A DNA stretch of 36,052 bases from an uncultured Clostridium sp. (GTDB taxonomy: Bacteria; Bacillota; Clostridia; TANB77; CAG-508). The stretch's first letter is position 1; the number at the start of each line of letters is the position of its first letter. The notes below the pieces were generated by a model, which saw only the letters and a program-made list of their open reading frames with translations, made no database searches and was not told the DNA's origin. The translations under genes were made by a program, and so were the position numbers. Shown here piece after piece: positions 24,759 through 33,300 of this stretch. The DNA is taken from positions 1 to 36,052 of the forward strand of contig CATLUC010000004.1 in assembly GCA_950059165.1 (NCBI GenBank). The letters are read 5' to 3'.

Positions 24759-27191
24759 TTATTGATAATATGCAGTGTAATAACTTCCACTTTTTATATT
24801 GTTTCTTAGGGTTGCTCCACTTCTTTTTCCTGAAATCGTTCCATTGCATGATTTGACAATCCCTTTTAATATTCCATTGTAAAAGTTGAATGTTCCTTTT
24901 ATAACATTGACTCCATATCCTGTCGCTGTTACAGCTGGGTTTGTTGTGCTTTTGGCTGATGAATTAGAACCAAAGTTCACTGTTCCTCCTTCTATTTCAA
25001 TTGCTCTTCCTTGATTATTAGCTGCATTAGCTGTTATTGTACCACCTGTAATTGTACTAGTTCCTCCGTCTGATTGAAAGCCAACATAATAATTTGATGT
25101 TATTGTTCCTCCTGTCATTGTACACGTTCCATTCATTACTCTTATACCATTAGCGTTGCTTGTTGTTATTGTTCCTCCTGTCATTTTAAATGTTCCTCCA
25201 TAGTTTACTGCTACTTTCATATATCCTTCTGTTGGATTTGATGCATCTTTTATAGTTCCCCCAGACATTTCTATATATCCTGTTCCTGCCATAATAACTC
25301 CATTTGTTTTTGTTTGTATTGTTCCTGATTTAAAGTAGAAGTTTCCAATTCCTGTTGCAATAGTTGCACTGTTAGGTGAAACAAGTGTTGTTCCATTAAC
25401 TGTTATTGTTCCTGATGGGTGCATAAGTACTCTTACTCGTGATGTTATGGTTCCCCCTCCTGTTATTGTTAAGTTTGCTGTTCCATCTTGTGAGGTATAG
25501 ATTGCTTCTTGTCTTGTTATTGTTTTTCCGTTCATGTTTAGTGTTATTACTTTATTGATTTCAACTGTTGAGTTGTCTGCAACGTTTTGTATTACTGTTA
25601 TTGTTCCTCCTCCTGTTGCTCCTCCTCCTGAAACTGCTCCTGCATGCGCTGTTGCTAAATCTGTGTAATATGTTGTTATTCCTGAGTTTACAATGCTGTA
25701 GTTTGCTGGTTGTACTGTTAGGAGTACTGCATCTGTTGTTTCTGTTTTTGTACTTGATCCTACTGTTGATGTTACTATACAGTATAAATATCTTCCATTG
25801 TCTCCTATTGCACTTGTATATGTGTAGTTAGGCGATGTTGCCCCTTGAATTGCTGTTCCTTCTCCTGTACTGCTGGTTTTATAATACCATTGGTAGCTTA
25901 GTTCTCCATTTCCTGTAGCTTGGGTTGTGAATGTTACGTTGTTTCCTGCTACTACTGTTGCTGCTGTTGGTTGTGTTGTGATTTCTACTGCTGGGTTTTC
26001 TCCCCATACTGCATACAGTGTTTTTGCTAAATCTAGGTCATATTCGCCTCCTGGTTGGTATTGTGCTACTGCACTTGTGCTTTGTGTTGACCAACCTGAA
26101 AATTCATAAAAGCTTCTTGTTGGTTGTGTTTCACTTAATTTTAAGTTTATTCCATGTGTTTTGGTTTGTTCTTCTGGTTCTCCTGTTCCTCCATTTGCAT
26201 CATATTTTATTTGGTAAGTTATTGTATAGGCTTGTGTTTCTTGTGTTTGTGGTGCTCTGTTTCCTGCGTTGTCTGTTACTTTTGTGTATAGGTAGTATGT
26301 TCCTCCTGTTAGTGCCTCAGTTATTTCTTCTCCATTAGTAAAGTTTTTCCAGTTGGTGTCGTTGTCGTCTGGTATTGTTTGTGAGGTTGAATATTGATAT
26401 TGTAATATGTTTAGTCCACTGTCTCCTTCGTCACTTGCTGTTAATGTTGTTGTAACTGCTGTTGTTTCATTGTCAGCTAATATTCTATAAGTTCCTCCAT
26501 TTGTGTTATTTTCTACTATTGGTATTTCTTTGTCTATATTTTGGATGTTGCCTGTTGCATATTTTCCTGGTTCCCCTATATCGTTTATTAATCTTGCGTA
26601 TATTGCTCCATTGTTTTCCATTGTTATTGGTTCTGTGTAGTTGTGCCATGTTTTTGCGTCTGTTGAGTATTGTAATGTGTAATTTTCTATTTCTTTGTTT
26701 TGCTTTTCTATTTCTACTATTACATCTTGGTTTGTCCATTCAGATGGCTCTGCTTTAAAGTCTATGTCACTTTCTTGTAAGTCTGGTGTGATTATTTCTC
26801 CTTTTTTTCCTATGTATTCTACTTTGTCTGTTGTTATTTTATATACATATCCTTCTTTTGTTGTTACTATTATTGTTTCGTTGTCTTTTCTTTCTACTTT
26901 TTCATATCTTTCATCTTTTTTTATTTTTTCTTGGTATCTATCCATAAATTCTTTGCTTGTTAGTTTGTTTATTACTCTTTCTGGTTGTAGACCTTCTCCT
27001 ATTAGTTGTAAGTCTTCTCTGTATTCTTCTATTTTTGTCAATTCTTTTGCTCTGTTGGCTCTGTCTATTATTCCGTTTCTTCCTGTTATTACTGCTATTG
27101 ATATTGTTGCTAAGATTAATAAAACGATTATTGTTACTATAAGTGCAACTAAAGTTATTCCTTGTTCTTTTGTTTTTCTTATGTTTTCCAT
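24759..27191 (-). CDS. Large type IV pilin-like adhesin (prepilin-type N-terminus; Ig-like, Listeria-Bacteroides/InlB B-repeat, Ig and beta-helix-like GGTIT repeats)
   Basis: Class III-like signal KEQG|ITLVALIVTIIVLLILATISI; YDANGG...FSGWST...TLYAVW repeat; ITTQP...YQWY...YLYCIVT Ig domain; repeated (M/I)TGGTIT at the C-terminus; RBS AAGGAG. Confidence 0.8.
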   Translation of the reverse strand: MENIRKTKEQGITLVALIVTIIVLLILATISIAVITGRNGIIDRANRAKELTKIEEYREDLQLIGEGLQPERVINKLTSKEFMDRYQEKIKKDERYEKVERKDNETIIVTTKEGYVYKITTDKVEYIGKKGEIITPDLQESDIDFKAEPSEWTNQDVIVEIEKQNKEIENYTLQYSTDAKTWHNYTEPITMENNGAIYARLINDIGEPGKYATGNIQNIDKEIPIVENNTNGGTYRILADNETTAVTTTLTASDEGDSGLNILQYQYSTSQTIPDDNDTNWKNFTNGEEITEALTGGTYYLYTKVTDNAGNRAPQTQETQAYTITYQIKYDANGGTGEPEEQTKTHGINLKLSETQPTRSFYEFSGWSTQSTSAVAQYQPGGEYDLDLAKTLYAVWGENPAVEITTQPTAATVVAGNNVTFTTQATGNGELSYQWYYKTSSTGEGTAIQGATSPNYTYTSAIGDNGRYLYCIVTSTVGSSTKTETTDAVLLTVQPANYSIVNSGITTYYTDLATAHAGAVSGGGATGGGTITVIQNVADNSTVEINKVITLNMNGKTITRQEAIYTSQDGTANLTITGGGTITSRVRVLMHPSGTITVNGTTLVSPNSATIATGIGNFYFKSGTIQTKTNGVIMAGTGYIEMSGGTIKDASNPTEGYMKVAVNYGGTFKMTGGTITTSNANGIRVMNGTCTMTGGTITSNYYVGFQSDGGTSTITGGTITANAANNQGRAIEIEGGTVNFGSNSSAKSTTNPAVTATGYGVNVIKGTFNFYNGILKGIVKSCNGTISGKRSGATLRNNIKSGSYYTAYYQ

Positions 27192-27235
27192 TGTCTATCT
27201 TTCTCCTTTTATTATGTAATTTTTATTGCACAAAT

Positions 27236-27263
27236 ATTATATCATATTTTTTCTATTATGCAA
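27236..27263 (-). promoter_or_regulatory. Putative promoter of the pilin-like gene (TTGCAT-16-TATAAT, extended -10 TG)
   Basis: Near-consensus hexamers ~45 bp upstream of ATG 27191. Confidence 0.6.
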
Positions 27264-27266
27264 GTT

Positions 27267-27304
27267 AAAAAAATAGGATTTGGAATTGCTCCTAAATCCT
27301 ATTT
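27267..27304 (-). terminator. Rho-independent terminator of copy D
   Basis: Stem AAATAGGATTT...AAATCCTATTT followed by a U-run on the minus strand, directly after the stop. Confidence 0.8.
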
Positions 27305-27309
27305 CTCTC

Positions 27310-30300
27310 TTACATTACTTTTTTCTTGATGAAGATTACTCCTACTGCTAGTGTGATAAATGCTGTTATTCCAGTTATTGCTGGTATGATGTAGTTTTTG
27401 TTTTCTCCTGTTGCTGGTGTTACTATTGTTGTTTCTGCCATACTATCATCTGCTTCTGTATGTCCTGCTCCTGGTACGTAGTTTCCTGGTGTTGATTGTG
27501 TTTTTGCTCCTCCTGGTTTGTTTGTTTCTACAACTTCTGTTTCGTTGTCTAGTGAAATTTCGTCTGTTGATGATATTATTTTTGATACTTTTAGTCCTAC
27601 TTCTGCAAATTTTCCTGGATCTAGTTGTTGTTTTAATGCTTCTGTGTATAGTATTGTTTTTTCGTTTATTTTTGTGTCTTCGTTTTTGTATACGTTTTCA
27701 TATACTAATTTTTCTAGTTCTTCTTGTTTTTCGATTACGGTCCAGTTTGGATTGTTGCTACTGTCAAATGCCCACTCTCTATCTAGGTAGTCTATTATTC
27801 CAGTTGGTTCTATTGTTACTAGTTTGCCGTCTACTATTCCATATTTGTAGAATTTTTCTGACATATAGTCTAATTCGCTTATGTTTGTTGCTTTGATACC
27901 ATATTCTACTTCTATTTTTGTTCCTTGGATTAACTCGTTGTCAAGTTCTAGTTTGATGAATCCATTGTTAAATTCGTCTGGTTTCATGTAGCTTATACTG
28001 TCTCTTTGTCCTGTGATATTACCGTTTTCGTCAATTTTTAGGTCTACTATTACTTGTCCGTTTGCTAGTGTTGCTTTCATTGATTTTACACGTTTTTCTA
28101 GTTGTATGTCTTGTTTTGCTCTTTCAATGATACCATAGTCCACATTTTTTACTCTATATGTGTATTTGTCTCCTGATGATGCTGTGTATATGTCTTCGTA
28201 TTCTACTCCTAGACCCATTGTAGGTGTTGTAGATTCCATTTTTGTTCTTGTTATTTTTCCGTTTGTGTCTTTGTTGTTTTTCTTTATTTCTTCATCAATT
28301 TGTAGTCTTGATCCTTTTGGTGCTTCTTGTTCTTTGTTGTAGTTGTCTGTTGCGTCTGTTAATCTTTTTTCTACATTTTCTTTATACCATTTTTTGTTTG
28401 TTTGGTTTCTTGTGCTGTCATATACTGTTCCTTTGTAGTATTGTACTTGGTATGTTTTATCTCCCCATGTATATGTTAGTGTATAGTCTCCTGGTATGTA
28501 ATTTGATATGTAGAAATCTCCGTTTTCGTCAGTTTTAGTTTGATATATTTTTCCACTTCCTGTGTTTTCTGTAAGTGTTATTTCTACTCCTTGGATGCCT
28601 TTTTCTCCTTCTTCATAGGCTCCACTTCCTGTTCTTATTTTTGCTGTCATTACTTTGTTTGGATTTTGCCCATTTTCTGCTACTACTTGGTCTTCAAATA
28701 CTTTTCCCTCCAGTTCTCTTGCGTCTGTTACTTCTAATTGCAAAGCTGGTGCTTTGTCTGTATCGTCTTCGTATGTGTTTTCTTGTTCTGGTGTAGCATT
28801 TCCTGGGTTAGAGTCTTCGTCAATTCCAGCATATCTCTTTTCTCCATCAAATATTGAATATGATGTTATTTCTATTATGTTGTTTAATAGACCATTTGTA
28901 TCTGCTTTTTCTCCAACGTTTTTGTCTTTTAATATTGTTGCTACTTGCTCTCTTGATAGTTTGAATTGTACATATATTGTTTGTTCTTTTTGTGCTTGTA
29001 TTTTGCTGTTTTTGCTGTTGTCTATTGTCATTTTTGTGTATTCTTGGTTGTAGCTTGTTTCGCTATGTGCTAATTCTCCATTTACATTTCCTTTTTCGTC
29101 TAGGTTTGTTCCTACATTTATTAATTCGTATCTGCTGTCATAGTAGTCACTTAGACTGTTTACCTGGACGTTTAGGCTTGATGATTGGTTTTTCATTGTT
29201 ATTTTGTATGTTATATATGCTTTTAATTCTTTGTCTTTGTTGTTTTCGTTTATGTAGTCATAGTCTGATTTGTATACAGGTCTTGTGTATGTCATGTTTC
29301 CATATTTGCTTCCAAATTTAACTCCTACATTGAAGCCTTCTCCACCGTATTCTCCTGCGTTTACAAACCTTTGGTCATATGTGTATGTGTGTTCATATCC
29401 ATTTACTGCTAGTCTTACGTTTTGTATGTCTTTTATTAATGCTATGTCTGGTTGTTCTCTTTTATATAGTCCTAGGTTTACAAATCGAAGTTCTTCTTCT
29501 CCTGCTACATAGTGGTCTTTTAGGTTAAATGATGCCGCTTCTGTGTTTGCTGTTATTGGATAGTTTCCAATTTTGTTTTGTGTCATGTATTCGTTGTTTA
29601 TGTTTTGGTATTCTCCTTGGCTGTTTAGTTTTGCTGTGTGTTCTGCTTCGTTGATTGTGTATGTTAGGTCATGTTTTTTTGTTCCATTGCTGTCTTTTGT
29701 TATTCCTGTATTTCTTCCAGAACCTTCTACTATTGCAAAGTTTTCGTTGAATTGATTCCTTTCTTGTTCGCTTTCTGCTGCTTTTGATCCATTGTTTTTA
29801 CTTGTATTTGGTACTACATTTGTGTATGTTAGTCCATCATATTCGAATTCTACATAATATTTATCTAGATTTCTTTTTAATATGTCTACAAATTGGTATT
29901 CTCCGTTTCCATTGTTTCCAACGTCTAAATATTGGTCTAGTTTTGATGTTAGTTGTTTCATTTCTTGACCTGTTTTGTCGTGTTGTACTATTTGGTTTGT
30001 TGTTTTATCTTTTAATTTTACTTCGATGTTGTTGAATAGTAAGTCTTTTGTGTCTGGTAAGTTTAGTCCGTTTTCTGTATTTTTAGATTCTGTATCTTTG
30101 AATAGACCGTTCCTTTCTGATGTTTTTCCGTCTATTATGTCTTCCCATACGTATCCTGATAGTTTGATATATTTTCTTTCGTTGTAGACTGTTATGTTGT
30201 TTCCTACGTTTGCTCCTCCTGGTTCTGTGTCATAAGATTTTTGTCTTTTTATTGTTACTGGTATTTGTTGTCCTTTTCCACTGCTTCCATCTGCTGTCCA

Positions 30301-33300
30301 TGTAATGTAGTCATCGTCTACTTCGTATCCATAGTGTTTGTTTCCTACTGATGTTTCGATTACTGTGTAGTTACCTTCTAATAGGTTGAATATTTGTAGT
30401 TTTCCATTTGCATCTGTTATAAATTCTGTTGCTCCACTTTCATTGCTTGTGTATTCCATTCCACCTACATAGATTGTTCCTGTAACTGTGCTTTGTGTGT
30501 TTCCGTTTGTGTCTTTTACTATGATGTATCCTTGTGCTCCTTTAATTTTGAAGCTCATTCCATCTAATGGTTTTCCTGTTTCTTTGTCTTTTTTCTCTAG
30601 AAGTAAGTTTCCTGTGTGTTTTAGGTTTGTTAGTGTGTATGTTAGTATTTGTCCTGATCCTATTGTTGTGTTTGCTTTTGCGTCTGGATTGTATCCATAG
30701 TGTGGGTTTTCAATTTCTATGATTGAGCAATTTGTGTTTGCTGGTAGGTTTTCTATGTAGATTCTTCCATTTGCGTCTGTTGTTTGTGTATATGTGCTAC
30801 CACCTACTTGTATTGTTATTTTTACTCCTTCTAGTTTTTTGTTTGCATTATCTGCATCTACTTTTATTACTTCTATTGCTCCTCTTATGTTTGTCCATTC
30901 TATTTCTTTTTCGTTGTATATTGGTATTTCTTCTTCTCTTGATTCTTCTGTGAATACTGAATCTGTTATTACGTCTTGTCCATTAGGATTGCTGTAATAT
31001 ACATGTCCTTGTTTTATTATTTGCCATTTTTCTGTTCCTGATTTACTTGTTCCGACTTTTACTTTTGCTATTCCGTCTTTGCAACTTGATGTTGAAACTT
31101 TTATATAGAATGTTAGGTTTCCTGTTCCTGATAGTGTTGTTCCATTTCCGTTGCTATCACATAGTGTGTATCCAATGTTGCTTCCATTTCTGTTTGTTAC
31201 TGTGACTTGATATCCTTTGTCTCCTTGTGTTGAACTATAGAATTGGAATGGTCCAAATATACATTCTGACCCTGTTGTTCTCATTTGTATGTCATCATTT
31301 AGTTTTCTCATATTTATAGATATATCGTCTCTTTTTATAAGTTGTCTGCTTGTTGAACCATATGACATTCCTACTTTTGTAAATGTTCCTCCTACTGCTG
31401 CTGCTCCTGGTTGTGCACAACTTGCCATTCCTACTTGTGAGCCCCAAAATCCTGTAGCTCCATAACCATTTTCATGGTATCCATCTGGATCTCCTACAAA
31501 TGTGAAGTAATCTGTTGCTGGTGCTATTGCTGCTTGCGAAGTTATTTGCATTCCTCCTGTGATTATTACTGCTATTAGAATTGCTCCAAATAGTGAGACT
31601 TTTCCTAGTTTTAGAAGTCCATATTTTGATGCTATGAATATTCCTATTCCTACTAATGCTACAAGTACAATTCCTATTGATATGTATACTACTATACCTG
31701 TGCTAACTGATATTATTATTGTTGCTTCCCCATAGTCGTCTTCTCCTTTTTCTTTGTTTGCTGGTGTTGAATCTTTGTCTTTTATTCCTAATGAGTTTGT
31801 TATGTCCCCTATTTCTGCTGCATTTGTAAATGTTCCTGTGTTGTTGGCTGTCATTTTCTTTGTTGCAATTAATGTTAGTTCCACACTTTTTCCTGGTTCT
31901 ATTTTTTGGTTTGATATGCTTGTGTTTATAATTTGCCCATTTCCTGTTGCTGACCAGTTTGTGTTCATTTCAGATGAGAATGTTAGTCCTTCTGGTAAAT
32001 AGTCAATTACTTTTCCTATTGTTGATGGTATTTCTCCTTCGTTTGTGATGGCTATTTTGTATTCTATTACTACTGTTGTTCCTTCTATTTCTTTTGCTTT
32101 TATTTCTACTTTTGCTAGTTTTTCGTTTTGGTAACCATATTGTTTTGTTCCGTTTTTTGTTGTTACTGTTACTTTGCTAATTACTTTATCTAGTTTGAAA
32201 TCACATATTTTGTTTTGTACTAACCCTATGTCCATGTGAGATATTGATGTTTGTAGGTTGTTTATTTCAATAACTCCTACTTTTATGTTATTTCCGTTTA
32301 GTGTTAGTTCTTTTTCTGCTGCATCTGAGTTTGATGTTGTTGATATTCCGTTTTTTTGGTATGCTGTTACTCTATATGTGTTTGTGTCATATTGGAATAT
32401 TACTATATAGTTTCCTGCCTTTACGTCTGTGAAACGATATGCTCCACTGTTATCTGTTTGGCTTTCTTTTACTATTGTTGCATCTTTTGTATCTAGTAGT
32501 ATTACTTTTATACCATTTAGTAGTGGTTCTCCTGTTTGTCTTTGTCCATCTTCGTTTTGGTCTAACCATGCTACTCCTGATATACTGTTGTTTGTGCTAC
32601 TTGGGTTTTCAGGATTTTCTGGGGTTTCTCCTGGGTTGCTTGGTTTTTCTCCTGGGTTTTCAGGATTTTCTGGATTGCTTGGTTTTTCTCCTGGATTTTC
32701 TATTTGTTCTTCATTGTTTATTGGTAATATTGTGTGTGTTACTACGTTTGATGTTTTTTCTTTTATTAGTTCTCCTGTAATTGTTGCACTGTTTTCTACT
32801 TTTGTTTTTTCAAATACTGCTTTTGCTGTTGTTTTTATGTTTATTTTTGAACTTTCTCCATATGGTATTGTTAGATATAGGTTTATGTCTGGCAGTTTGT
32901 TTTCATTTTTTGTTGCTTCATAGATTTCTTCTGTTATTGCTTCTTGTTTTTCGAAGTTGTTTGTTAGTTTGTATCCACCTTCTTTTTGTTCTATTTTTTC
33001 TTGTTTCCAGTTGTCATATGTTACACTAATTGGTTTTACGTTTTCTGGTAAAAAGTCTGCTACATTTATTTGTATTGCTGAATATAGTGCGTTGTCTAGG
33101 TTTGTTCTTCCTGTGTTTGTTATTGTTAATTCATAGTTTATTTCTTCGTCATATTTTACTTCTTCACCTTCGTTGCTTGATTTCATGTCTACTTCTATGT
33201 TTTCGTATCCATACATTATGCGATTTTCGTTTGATTTGTAAGTTGTTCCATCTAATGTTGCTGTTGCTGTTGCTGTTAGTTCTATTTTTGAGGCAGTTGT

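Noticed and set aside
24739-24849. ORF-track start at 24849 for the coiled-coil protein
   Set aside because: Overlaps the pilin-like gene; ATG 24738 has an RBS and gives a proper N-terminal TM.
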